In this document: positions 28,650 to 38,305 of the stretch, in pieces
Numbering within the stretch: position 1 is the first letter of the stretch
How the letters are laid out: each line of letters opens with the position of its first letter
Assembly (NCBI GenBank): GCA_963783375.1
Contig: CAWANH010000028.1
Coordinates: 640,001-704,000, forward strand
DNA: 64,000 nt
From: Candidatus Eiseniibacteriota bacterium
Lineage (GTDB): Bacteria; Eisenbacteria; RBG-16-71-46; JABDJR01
Direction: 5' to 3'
Notes under the pieces: generated by a model
Database searches by the model: none
What the model was told of the DNA's origin: nothing
Seen by the model: the letters and a program-made list of their open reading frames with translations, nothing else
Translations under genes and position numbers: made by a program

Positions 28650-30269
28650 GTGATCCCCGAATCGGAGTGGACGTTCTTCGAGGCCACCGAACAGCGCATC
28701 CGCCACCTGGAACGCCATCGGACCGAGAACGATCTCGCCCTCCACCGGGGGGAAGCCCCGGGATGGGATCCGGCCGAACTCGACGCCCGGCGCGCGGAAA
28801 TCGTCCAGGAAATGGACTACCCCGCCCGGGTGGAGCAGGCGCTGGCCCAAGCTCCCCCCGTCGACCAGGCCCGCCGGCTCGAGCACCACCGCGGCTGGAT
28901 CCTTCGCGCCGTATTCGAGACCCACCCCGAGATCGCGCCCTACCTCCACGAGTTGAAGGTGCGCCACCTCGCCTTTCGCCCCGAGGTGAACGGACGGCCC
29001 GCCACCCGCGCCGAACTCTCGCGCATCCTCGCCCACGAACCCGACCCGGGGCTGCGCGAAGCGGCATGGAAGGCCCTGACCCCCCTGGCTGAATCCCTGG
29101 CCGGGGACCTGACCGAGCTCTTCCGCCGCCGCCAGGCGCTGGCCCGCGCCGTCCTCGACTCCGGCTACGCTCCCGTGGCCTTTCATCTCCATCAGGAGGA
29201 TCGCCCGGAGGTGGTCGCCCTCGTCGACGGGATCGAGCGCTACACGCGAAAGCCCTACGGAGAGATCCTGCGCGACGTGGCCCGGGCCCTGGGCCGGCAG
29301 GAGGTGGAGGCCTGGGACCTGGACTACGGCCTCCGGCGCCTCGGCGCGGCGGGCGCCGGGAACGCGGGCGCGGGCGCCTTCCCTCCCGGGCCGTCCCCGG
29401 GTCCCGGCGTGAACCCCCTCCCCACCGCCCTCGACCAGGCCCGCCGCTGGGGGCTTCTCCCCGCCGGCCTCGCCGCTCGCGAAGCCGACTTCCCCTTCGC
29501 CTCCCGCGTCTTCGCGGGCGCCGCCCCGCACGATGTAAGCCTCCTCTGGCGCCCGGCCGGGGGTCTCGAAGGGTTCCGGACCGCGTTCGCAGGGGTGGGG
29601 CGAAGCCTTCCCGCGCTCCACGCCGGCCCCCGGGAGTTCCCGCTCTCCCAACCTCCCGCCGTCACCGAGGCCTCGGCGGAACTCCTGGCGGCGATCACCC
29701 GCGACCCGGCCTGGCTGGCCGAGACCACGGGAGCGGGGGCCCGCGAAATCGACCGGCGGATCGAGGTCGAGCGGGCGCTGCGGATCGTCCGCCTCCGGCG
29801 GCTCGCCGCGGGGGTCGCCTTCGAGAATCTGGTCTACGCCCAGAGCGACCTCGATCCCCATCGTCTCCACGCCGACGTTCGCGAGCAGATGCTCCAGGAG
29901 ACCCGGCGACCGGATGTGCGCTGGCCCCTGGATCCCACGCTGGTCGTCGACCCCCTCACCCGCGCCTCGGAGATTCTCGGTGCGTTGATCGCCGCGCAAC
30001 TCGGCGAACGCATGCGCGAACTCCACCCGGAACCGCGAAAGGCGCCCGAAGCGGGGGCCTGGATTCGCGAGAGCCTCTTCCTGTCCGATCTCCCCTGGTC
30101 GGAGCGCGTGGAGCGTGCCACCGGAAGACCGCTGGGGTTCGACGCCTTCGCTCGGGAAGCCGGTGTGTCGTTCGAGGGACCGGACCTCGCCGAGACCGAA
30201 GAGATCTCCGACGAGGCGGCCGAGGAATACTTCAAGGACATCGACCTGAGCGACCTGGACCTCGATTGA
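28650..30269 (+). CDS. M3/M2 zinc-peptidase-like protein lacking HExxH
   Basis: AAGGAG RBS plus GTG; LREAAWKAL, EAWDLDY, VTEASAEL..DPAWL; the expected HExxH position reads AGVGR. Confidence 0.7.
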   Translation: MIPESEWTFFEATEQRIRHLERHRTENDLALHRGEAPGWDPAELDARRAEIVQEMDYPARVEQALAQAPPVDQARRLEHHRGWILRAVFETHPEIAPYLHELKVRHLAFRPEVNGRPATRAELSRILAHEPDPGLREAAWKALTPLAESLAGDLTELFRRRQALARAVLDSGYAPVAFHLHQEDRPEVVALVDGIERYTRKPYGEILRDVARALGRQEVEAWDLDYGLRRLGAAGAGNAGAGAFPPGPSPGPGVNPLPTALDQARRWGLLPAGLAAREADFPFASRVFAGAAPHDVSLLWRPAGGLEGFRTAFAGVGRSLPALHAGPREFPLSQPPAVTEASAELLAAITRDPAWLAETTGAGAREIDRRIEVERALRIVRLRRLAAGVAFENLVYAQSDLDPHRLHADVREQMLQETRRPDVRWPLDPTLVVDPLTRASEILGALIAAQLGERMRELHPEPRKAPEAGAWIRESLFLSDLPWSERVERATGRPLGFDAFAREAGVSFEGPDLAETEEISDEAAEEYFKDIDLSDLDLD

Positions 30270-30347
30270 GAGCGCCGGCGGCGCCGCCCGGCAAACTTGA
30301 CCGCCGACAACTCGGGCACATTTCCCGCTGTCGCATCGCGCGCCCGG

Positions 30348-30356
30348 TGCTACAAT
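30348..30356 (+). promoter_or_regulatory. Extended -10 promoter (TGcTACAAT)
   Basis: TG-N-TACAAT 7 nt upstream of a structured region. Confidence 0.45.
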
Positions 30357-30363
30357 GACTCCA

Positions 30364-30641
30364 GGAACCCGACTCGGGCGCCCATAAAGCAGGTCGGAGC
30401 CAGCGTGGCATGCACCGACGGCCCGCCGGCCTCCGGAGTACCAAGCTCCCGGCGAATCCGATCGGGGGAAAACGGCCCGCTCCCCGGTGAGTCCCTAAGG
30501 CGCGGGGAGCCGACCGGAGAGTTGGCGTGGCGGGGCGCTGGTGCAACCCACCAAGCCGGTGCCCCGCTACCCGACCAGGCGCGTCTCCGATCGCGAGCTT
30601 CATGCCGTGGACGAAACCGGCATGCTGGCCGCTCGGGTCCC
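30364..30641 (+). ncRNA. Unclassified structured RNA or 5' leader upstream of hflX
   Basis: Nested long-range helices and a 16-bp hairpin (see findings). Confidence 0.4.
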
Positions 30642-30692
30642 ACGACGCCCCTTCCGGAATCGCGCCGACGTCCCGCAAGGAGGTAGCCCCCG

Positions 30693-31811
30693 ATTTACGA
30701 AGTAGAGGCCCAGGAGAATCGTCGGGAACGCGCCGTGCTCGTCGGCCTCGTTCCTTCGCCCACCGAAGAAGACTCCTTGAAGGAGCTTGCCCTCCTGGCC
30801 CGCACCGCCGGGGCCGACGTGACCGGCCGGATTCGCCAGCGTCGCGACTCCATAAACCCCGGGACCTTCCTGAGCCGCGGAAAGTTGGATCAGCTCGTCG
30901 CCCTCACCGAAAGCGACAACTTCGATCTGGTGATCTTCGACGACGATCTCTCCCCCGCCCAGGTCCGGAACCTCGAGGAACGCATCGAGAGAAAGGTGCT
31001 CGACCGGAGCGAGCTGATCCTGGCCATCTTCGCCGAGCACGCACGAACCCGGGAGTCGCGCCTCCAGGTGGAGCTGGCCCAGCTCGAATATCTCCTCCCC
31101 CGGCTCACCCGGATGTGGGTTCACCTCTCCCGCCAGCAGGGTGGGATCGGCACCCGTGGGCCCGGCGAGACCCAGCTCGAAGTCGACCGCCGCCGGGTAC
31201 GCGAGAAGATCGCGGTCCTGAAGCGCCGTCTCAACGAGGTGGACGTCCAGCGACGGGCCCAGCGCGCCCGCCGCGGGCACATCCATCGCACCGCGTTGGT
31301 GGGCTATACGAACGCCGGGAAGTCCACGCTGATGAACGCCCTCACCGGGGCCGGGGTACGGACGGAGAACCAGCTTTTCGCCACCCTCGACGCCACCACC
31401 CGTCGGTACCGGTTCCCCGGGGGACAGGTGACCCTTTTTACGGACACGGTTGGATTTATTCGAAAGCTACCCCATCACCTGGTGGCATCCTTCCGGTCGA
31501 CCCTTCAGGAAGTGGTGGACGCCGATCTGCTTCTCCACGTGGTGGACGCGGCCAGTCCCGGAGCCGAAGAGCAGATCGAGACGGTGATTCGCGTTCTGAC
31601 CGAGCTGGGCGCCGCCGACAAGCCCACCCTCCTCGTTCTCAACAAGATCGACGCGGCGGACGAGGTGGAAATCATGGGGCTCCGGGCAAGGCACGCCGCG
31701 GCTCTGCCGGTGTCGGCGGAGCAGAGGACCGGTCTCGGGGACCTCAGGGACGAGGTCCTGGCGCGGGTCGTCCAATCCAACGGACGGATTTCTTCCGACA
31801 TGCCCGGCTGA
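30693..31811 (+). CDS. hflX: GTPase HflX (predicted ATT start)
   Basis: LQVELAQLEYLLPRL, RGPGETQLE, GYTNAGKS, DTVGF, NKID; AAGGAGG lies 9 nt before an in-frame ATT. Confidence 0.95.
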   Translation: MYEVEAQENRRERAVLVGLVPSPTEEDSLKELALLARTAGADVTGRIRQRRDSINPGTFLSRGKLDQLVALTESDNFDLVIFDDDLSPAQVRNLEERIERKVLDRSELILAIFAEHARTRESRLQVELAQLEYLLPRLTRMWVHLSRQQGGIGTRGPGETQLEVDRRRVREKIAVLKRRLNEVDVQRRAQRARRGHIHRTALVGYTNAGKSTLMNALTGAGVRTENQLFATLDATTRRYRFPGGQVTLFTDTVGFIRKLPHHLVASFRSTLQEVVDADLLLHVVDAASPGAEEQIETVIRVLTELGAADKPTLLVLNKIDAADEVEIMGLRARHAAALPVSAEQRTGLGDLRDEVLARVVQSNGRISSDMPG

Positions 31812-32054
31812 CCCGCCCGCGCCTCCGGCATGCCCCCCCCCCGGTCGGCGACCGATTCTCGGCTCGTTTCCATCCGGAAATCCGGGACCTATACAAAACC
31901 GGGGGCTATTCTTACCGATCTCGGCTATACTCCGGCTTGGCTCATTCCCCCACGCTGCATCCCGGCCGGATAGAATTGAATTTGCCGGGAGGCTGCGGGC
32001 CGCAAAAGCCGGTACCGAATCAGCGGACCGCTTCCACTCCGGTGAAGCGCGGGG

Positions 32055-33815
32055 ATGTCCAACTCTACCGCCATCTACGAATTCGGTCCCTTCCGGGCGG
32101 ATCTCGGACGGCAGGTTCTGCTGTTCGAGGGAGAGCCGGTTCATCTCCCCCCGAAGACCTTCGCCCTGCTGGCCGCCCTCCTCGAGCAGCACGGTGGGTT
32201 GGTTCGGAAGGAAGACCTGATCGCCGCGCTGTGGCCGGACACGGTGGGAACCGAGGCCAATCTCAGCGTGAATGTAGCCGCCCTTCGGAAAGTCCTGGGG
32301 GAAAAGCCCAAGGAGCACCGATACATCGTCACCATTCCCCAGCGCGGATACTCCTTCGTGGCGAAGGTGAAGAAGGTCGGGACCGCCACGGACGCCGGCG
32401 CTCCAATCGGCACGGACGCCGACGGCGGTTCGGTGCGACACCTGGCGGTGCTTCCCTTCCGGGTGTTGGACTCGAGCGACGGCAAGGCGGTGTTCGGGCT
32501 GGGGTTCGCCGACGGTCTCATCACCCATCTGGGCAAGGTGCCGGCCTTGAGCATCCGCTCCACCGGAGCGGTCCGCCGGTTCACGAACAACCCGGAACCA
32601 CCGGCGGTGGCGGGGGCCGAGCTCCAGGTCGATAACGTAATCGAGGGGACGTTGACCCGGTCCGGCGACCGGCTGAGGACGACGGTCCAGCTCGTCAATT
32701 GCAGCAATGGATCGCTCAGCTGGGCGGAGACCTACGAAGGCCCCCTTCACAACATCCCGCACCTGCAGGTCAGCATCGTTGAGGCTCTCATACAGGCGCT
32801 GAAGATCCATCGCGGCCCCAACTTCATCCCGATGAATCTTCAGCCCCTGTCCCGGGATATCAATGCCTTCAGCCTCTACCTCCAGGCGCGGGCCCACTCG
32901 AGCAGCCTGGAGTCCACGTCGCTCTTCAAGAGTCTGGAACTCTTCGAAGCCGCCCTGGCCCTGGATCCGGACTTCGCGATGGCGTACACCGGCCTCGCCG
33001 ACGTGTACCACACGTTGTGGGTCCTCGGGAGAATCCCCACCCAGCAAGCGGTAACCGAGATCGAAAGGGTGGCGGCTACAGCCTTGGACCTCGATCCCAC
33101 CATGGCCGAAGCCCATGTCTGCTTGGGCAACGTGGCCCTTGTGTACCGCCATGATCTGAGGGGCGCGGAGCGGCACTTCCTGAAAAGTCTGGAGCTGTCC
33201 CCCAACGCCACCGGCGCCCTCCGCTACTATTCGGCCCACCTCATCGTGACCGGGGATCCGCAAGAGGCGCTGAGAATCGCTCGGCGGGGTCAGATCCTCG
33301 ATCCCACGTCGATGCCCATCAACCTCGCGGTGGCCAGCGCCCTCTACTACCTCCACGAGTACGAGCGGGCCGCCGGGCTCTTCCGGGCCATGGCCGAGCT
33401 CGAGCCCCAGTTCATCTGGGCCCGGTTCATGGTCGGCCAGTGCCTCTTCCGGCTGCGTCGTGTGGACGAAGCCCTCCGCTACGTCCAAGAGACCGACGAT
33501 TTCTTTGGCAGCAAGGAACCCTGGACGCTGGCCCTTCTGGGCTATCTGCAGGGCCGCCATGGAAAACGGGAGGATGCCCTTCGGTGCCTCGACACGGTTG
33601 CCTCCACGGAGTCGCCATCCCCGCCTCCCGCGATCGTCAGCGCCATCCTGTACCAGGGGCTGGGCGATCTGGAGCGGACCCTGGATGCGCTCGAACAGGC
33701 CTACGCCGATCGACATCCGTTCGTCTGCTACCTGCACGTGGATCCGTTCTGGGATCCCCTGCGGGACGAGCCGCGGTTCCGGAGCCTCATTCAGCGCATC
33801 GGCTTCGCTGAATAG
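32055..33815 (+). CDS. OmpR/CadC-type winged-helix regulator with TolB-N-like and TPR domains
   Basis: YEFGPF, LRKVLG..YIVTIPQRGY, LAVLPF, TPR repeats, DPFWDPLRDEPRF. Confidence 0.9.
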   Translation: MSNSTAIYEFGPFRADLGRQVLLFEGEPVHLPPKTFALLAALLEQHGGLVRKEDLIAALWPDTVGTEANLSVNVAALRKVLGEKPKEHRYIVTIPQRGYSFVAKVKKVGTATDAGAPIGTDADGGSVRHLAVLPFRVLDSSDGKAVFGLGFADGLITHLGKVPALSIRSTGAVRRFTNNPEPPAVAGAELQVDNVIEGTLTRSGDRLRTTVQLVNCSNGSLSWAETYEGPLHNIPHLQVSIVEALIQALKIHRGPNFIPMNLQPLSRDINAFSLYLQARAHSSSLESTSLFKSLELFEAALALDPDFAMAYTGLADVYHTLWVLGRIPTQQAVTEIERVAATALDLDPTMAEAHVCLGNVALVYRHDLRGAERHFLKSLELSPNATGALRYYSAHLIVTGDPQEALRIARRGQILDPTSMPINLAVASALYYLHEYERAAGLFRAMAELEPQFIWARFMVGQCLFRLRRVDEALRYVQETDDFFGSKEPWTLALLGYLQGRHGKREDALRCLDTVASTESPSPPPAIVSAILYQGLGDLERTLDALEQAYADRHPFVCYLHVDPFWDPLRDEPRFRSLIQRIGFAE

Positions 33816-34228
33816 CGATCCCCCGCAGGAACGGGCGCCCGGTCCGGGTCGTCCAAACAAGACTTATTTGATAATATTTAGAATTCCTTGTAAGTCCTTG
33901 GAACCATTATCTTGCCCTGTTTTTCGGATCCGCATAGCCTACAGTGGAATTACGTTCCTCAGCGCTCGGCGGGTTCGCCGTCACCCCCTTGGTCGGGGGT
34001 TCTGGTTCGAGAGGCCGAGTCGGGGTTGGAAGCGGCGCGACCGGGCCGACGGAGAGCCCTCGACGCCAAGCGGGTCTAGCCATGGATGCTCTGTGGCTTG
34101 GGGGAAAGCCTGTTTGGCAACCTCGAGATTTGCTTCTGTCGGTTCCGGTCGTTGCCGCGATTATCGGAAATCCTCAAACCCGATCGATCCCGCGCCGGCG
34201 GCGCCGGGTCCCGCCCCCGGTCCCCGTT

Positions 34229-36040
34229 TCAGCCCGCTTCCTCCTCGTCCAGCTCCGGCACCGCGCGCTCCATGAGAGCCCGACGGTAGGAATTCAACAC
34301 GTCCCGCCGGTATAGCAGGCCGGTAAGCACCCGGCTCTCCTCGGACTCCACCACCGGGAGCATGCTCAGGTCGCGCATGCCGAATAGACGCATGGCGTCG
34401 TTCAGGGACTGATCCGCGGTCACCACCACCGGATCCTGGGTGGCGATGTCCCCCGCCACCACCAGCATGTCCATCTCGGGACTTCGCTCCTGGGCGATCA
34501 CGTTCCGGATGTCCTGGTAGGAAAGGATCCCCGCGAGCTTGCCGTTCTCGTCGACCACCGGAAACGTGTTCTCGGTGGCATCCTCCACCACGTGCATGAG
34601 TTCGGCGTAGTGCATATGGTACGGGATGGTGCGTTTCACCTCGCGCATGACGTTCCCGACCCGGAGCGAGCCCATCACGTTCACCTCCACCCCACGTTTG
34701 AGCTGGATCCCCGCCCGCACCAGGGCCAGGGTGTAGATGGACTCCCGCTTCAGGCGGCCGGCCAGGACCACCGCGGTGGCGCAGGCAAGCATGGTGGGCA
34801 GGATGATCGCGTAGTCGTTGGTGAGCTCGAAGATGAGAAGCACCGCGGTGATGGTGGCGTGGGTGGTGCCGGCGATCACCGCGGCCATCCCCACCAGGGC
34901 GTACACGGTGATGATCCCGGGCTCTCCGGGACGCAGGAAGTGTTCGGTGACGGCGCCGAAGGACCCGCCGAGCATGGCCCCGATGACCAGGGAGGGGGCG
35001 AAGAGTCCACCCACGTTCCCCGACCCCACGGTGAAGCAGGTGGCCAGGAGCTTGGCCAGAACCAGGGCCACCATGAGCCACAGGGCAAGGTGTCCGTTCA
35101 GGGCGGCGGTGATGGTGTCGTAACCGTCTCCGAGCACCTGGGGAAACGCGAAAGCCAGGACCCCCACCAGGGTCATGCCCAGGGCCGGCTTGAACGCGGC
35201 GGGAAACCGCCAGCGCCGGAAGCGATCCTCGGTGAAGTAGAGAAGGCGGATGAAAAGCCAGGAGACCAGAGCGGCCAGGACTCCCAACAGCAGCATCGAG
35301 GGCACTTCGCGGATGTGGATGAAGCCGTGGTGGGGGACGGAGAATCGCGGGGTCCAGCTCACGAAGATCTGATGGGTGACCGCGGCCAGCACCGAGGAGA
35401 GAACGATCGGGGTCAGGGTCTGCACCCCGAAGTCCCCCAGGATCACTTCCACCGCGAAGAAGACCCCGGCCAGCGGGGCGCCGAAGATGGCGCTGATCCC
35501 CCCCGCCGCTCCGCACGCGGCCAGGACCCGCAACCGCTCGGTGGACATGCCCACGATCCGGCCCACCGTGGAACCGATCGAGCTCCCGATCTGGACGATC
35601 GGCCCCTCGGGTCCGGCCGATCCACCGGCCCCGATGCAGATGCCCGCGGTGATCGCGGTGTCGGCGGCGACCCGCGGCGGGATCCGCCCTCCGCGAATGG
35701 CCACGCTGGCCATCACATCGGGTACCCCGTGGCCTCGGGAGGACTTGAGCAGGGTGGCGAGCAGCACGCCCCCCACCAATCCCCCCAGGATGAGGGCGCC
35801 CACGTTCCCGATGGGAAGGGAGAGCGGCCCGAAGGGGAGATCGAGCGCCATGTGCTCGAACTCCCGCTGAAAGGTGTCGATGATCCACTCGAAGCCGCGG
35901 GCGCCGAGCCCGGAGCCGATCCCCACCACGAAGGAGAGCATGAGGAGAAGCGCGTTCTCGTCGTGGACGTACCGGTGGAGGAACCGGTTCACCCGCTTGT
36001 GGGTGAATCGCACGTAGCGCGGGACGAATGGGCCTTTCAC
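34229..36040 (-). CDS. CLC chloride channel/antiporter with tandem CBS domains
   Basis: GHGVP, GPEGP, GGLFAP, SIYT; C-terminal CBS pair. Confidence 0.9.
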   Translation of the reverse strand: MKGPFVPRYVRFTHKRVNRFLHRYVHDENALLLMLSFVVGIGSGLGARGFEWIIDTFQREFEHMALDLPFGPLSLPIGNVGALILGGLVGGVLLATLLKSSRGHGVPDVMASVAIRGGRIPPRVAADTAITAGICIGAGGSAGPEGPIVQIGSSIGSTVGRIVGMSTERLRVLAACGAAGGISAIFGAPLAGVFFAVEVILGDFGVQTLTPIVLSSVLAAVTHQIFVSWTPRFSVPHHGFIHIREVPSMLLLGVLAALVSWLFIRLLYFTEDRFRRWRFPAAFKPALGMTLVGVLAFAFPQVLGDGYDTITAALNGHLALWLMVALVLAKLLATCFTVGSGNVGGLFAPSLVIGAMLGGSFGAVTEHFLRPGEPGIITVYALVGMAAVIAGTTHATITAVLLIFELTNDYAIILPTMLACATAVVLAGRLKRESIYTLALVRAGIQLKRGVEVNVMGSLRVGNVMREVKRTIPYHMHYAELMHVVEDATENTFPVVDENGKLAGILSYQDIRNVIAQERSPEMDMLVVAGDIATQDPVVVTADQSLNDAMRLFGMRDLSMLPVVESEESRVLTGLLYRRDVLNSYRRALMERAVPELDEEEAG

Positions 36041-36696
36041 GCTGGGGCGCCTCCCCCCAGGATCCACACGCCGTCCTCCCCGCCGCCGCACCATCGTGTC
36101 ACCTGGCCGGACAACCGGCCCAGACCCTCTTCCATCTCCAGCCGGGAAAAGTCGCCGGGGGCGAAGACCACCGCCACCACGCGCTCGGTGCCCGGGTGGA
36201 CCGCGGTGCGCGCGGAATCCGAGGTCGGCGAGCCCATGACCCCGGCGGCGTCCGCCACGGCGAGCCGTCCCTCGAGATGGACCTGGTCCTTGCGGATCCC
36301 CGGATAGGACTCGCCGGGGCGCCCCACGCGGATCTCGAGATCTCCCTCCACCCGGTCCAGATCGTAGAGCCCGATCGGAAGCAGGAGGGCCAGGGACGCC
36401 CAGTTGCAGGCGTCCACCAATCGATTGATGCGGTAGAGCGCCTGCCCCTTGAGCACCCGTCGAAGCAGGGCCTCCGAGGAGGGGCGGGTGCGGGTGGGAT
36501 CCACCCCGAAGGCCCGGTAGAGCCGGCGAGCGGGCTCCAGGCCGGGGATCTCCGAGGGGGCCCGGCCGGCGTGGGTGCGGGACAGGGTGGCGGCCAGGGC
36601 CTCCATCTCCGGCCAGAACGGGTTGTCCTCCGAAGCCGAGACCCCGGTGAACCAGACCACCCCGGCCATCGTCTGCCCCTCGATCCCCGGATCCAT
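36037..36696 (-). CDS. Stand-alone B3/B4 (PheT-like editing) domain protein
   Basis: DPTRTRPSSEALLRR, INRLVD..N, PIGLYDLD. Confidence 0.85.
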   Translation of the reverse strand: MDPGIEGQTMAGVVWFTGVSASEDNPFWPEMEALAATLSRTHAGRAPSEIPGLEPARRLYRAFGVDPTRTRPSSEALLRRVLKGQALYRINRLVDACNWASLALLLPIGLYDLDRVEGDLEIRVGRPGESYPGIRKDQVHLEGRLAVADAAGVMGSPTSDSARTAVHPGTERVVAVVFAPGDFSRLEMEEGLGRLSGQVTRWCGGGEDGVWILGGGAPA

Positions 36697-36958
36697 GCGA
36701 ACGTGTCTCAATTGCTTTCTCCGGGCTTCCGGCCTCCGGCCTCCGAAACAGGGGAGAGTGAGCTCAAAACCATTCAGCCTAGCGCGCCGGGGGCCGGATT
36801 GCCAGACCCGCGGGCCGGCGCCGCCCGGGAATTCCCCGGTGAAATCCCCTGGCCGAACGGGTACCCTGGGCCGATTCGAGTCGAGAGGCTCCGAAGGTTC
36901 CCTCCGGCCGGAACCTCACCCGAACCCCGACGCTCACGGCCCCGGGAACGAGCACGCC

Positions 36959-38305
36959 ATGCCTCCTACACCTCCCCCCGATACCTCCAGCGGTCCCGGT
37001 TTCCGGCCCCCGTCCCCCCCTCCCGCCGCCCCGCGCCGGATTGACGGTCTCCGATTTTCGACCGCGGCCGCGCTGGCCATCCTCCCGATCGTGGCCTACC
37101 TCCTGGCCATGAACGGTCTCCATCCCGGCCCGGCCGGCGACGAGAAGATCCACCTCGCCGCCATCCGCCAGTTCGCCTCCGGGGACTGGAGCAACCCCGA
37201 CCTGGCCATGTTTCCGGCCTATCATGCCGTCCTCGCCTTCCCGGCCCGGATCCTGGGGGCGCGCCCCGGCTGGATCCGCGCTACCGGCATTCTGGAGGCG
37301 CTGGTGATCCTGGCTTCGGTGGCCTGGGCGGCCCAACGAACCCGCCGACCCGGACGGGGCCACGCCCTCTTCCAGGTGCTCTGGCTCCCGATGTTCTTTC
37401 CTTTCATCCCGCTGGTCTACACCGATCCCGCCTCGGCCACCTGGGTCCTCCTGGCCCTGGCCCTGCAGCTCTCCCGGCGCTACAAGCCGGCGGCCGCCTC
37501 ACTCCTGGTGTCCTGCCTCATCCGGCAGTCGAACGCGCTCTGGGTGGTTTTCTTCGTCCTGTGGGCGTTTCACGACGCGTTCCGGCAACCCCAGGGATTT
37601 CGATTCGGCCCCCGGCCTCCGCGTCCGCCCTTCCGAGGCTTCGGCCTCCTCCTCCGCGGGGCCTGGGTCCGCGGCTGGGCGCACATGGCCGTGCTCGCCG
37701 CCTTCGCGGCGATCGTGCTGGCCGTCGGGGAGGTGGTGCCCCGATCCCAGTCCATCGTGGGTCCGCGGTTCAACCCGGCCCAGATCTTCGCCTTCGGGAT
37801 CGGAGCGGGGGTGGTGTGGCTCCCGATCTGGGCGGACGAGTGGCGGGGGGGATTCGGCGAGCTCCGGGCATGGCCGCGGGGACGGCTTGCCATCGTTCTG
37901 GCGGCGGCGGCGAGCCTGGTGGTGGTCCTGGCCCTGTGCTACCGGAATCCCAATCCTCGAAACCAGTCCTTGTACTATCTTCGGAACCGGCCGCTGGTCA
38001 TGCTTCAGGCGCATGCAGCCGCGCGCTACGCGGCGTCGGCCTTCATGATCCTCACCGCCGCCGCCGCCATCCGGCTCACCCGGCGCCATCCCGATCCCTG
38101 GCTCCTGGCCGCGCTCTGGCTCTGGGGGCTGGCTTTCATGTCCATCCACAGCACCGTCGACCCGCGCTACGCCATCATCCCGTTCAGCCTCCTGGCCTTC
38201 TTCGTGGTGCCGCCCCGGGGGAAGGAGCCGCTCCACGCGGTGTGGCTCCTGGGCTGGGCACTCATCATGGCCGCGGGGACGGCGGCGGGGCTTTGGATCC
38301 CGTGA
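36959..38305 (+). CDS. ALG10/DIE2-like GT-C glycosyltransferase
   Basis: DEKIH...GDW..P....PAY, FFPFIPLVYTD, RQSNALW, PRYAIIPF. Confidence 0.65.
   Translation: MPPTPPPDTSSGPGFRPPSPPPAAPRRIDGLRFSTAAALAILPIVAYLLAMNGLHPGPAGDEKIHLAAIRQFASGDWSNPDLAMFPAYHAVLAFPARILGARPGWIRATGILEALVILASVAWAAQRTRRPGRGHALFQVLWLPMFFPFIPLVYTDPASATWVLLALALQLSRRYKPAAASLLVSCLIRQSNALWVVFFVLWAFHDAFRQPQGFRFGPRPPRPPFRGFGLLLRGAWVRGWAHMAVLAAFAAIVLAVGEVVPRSQSIVGPRFNPAQIFAFGIGAGVVWLPIWADEWRGGFGELRAWPRGRLAIVLAAAASLVVVLALCYRNPNPRNQSLYYLRNRPLVMLQAHAAARYAASAFMILTAAAAIRLTRRHPDPWLLAALWLWGLAFMSIHSTVDPRYAIIPFSLLAFFVVPPRGKEPLHAVWLLGWALIMAAGTAAGLWIP

Noticed and set aside
30484-30618. Hammerhead-like fragments (CCGGTGAGTCC ... GGACGAAAC)
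   Set aside because: The core CUGANGA is mismatched, the pieces are ~115 nt apart, and each is used in other helices.
33907-34083. 58-aa minus-strand ORF next to the wHTH-TPR regulator (possible signalling peptide)
   Set aside because: No RBS or signal peptide, and the composition is typical of GC-rich noise.
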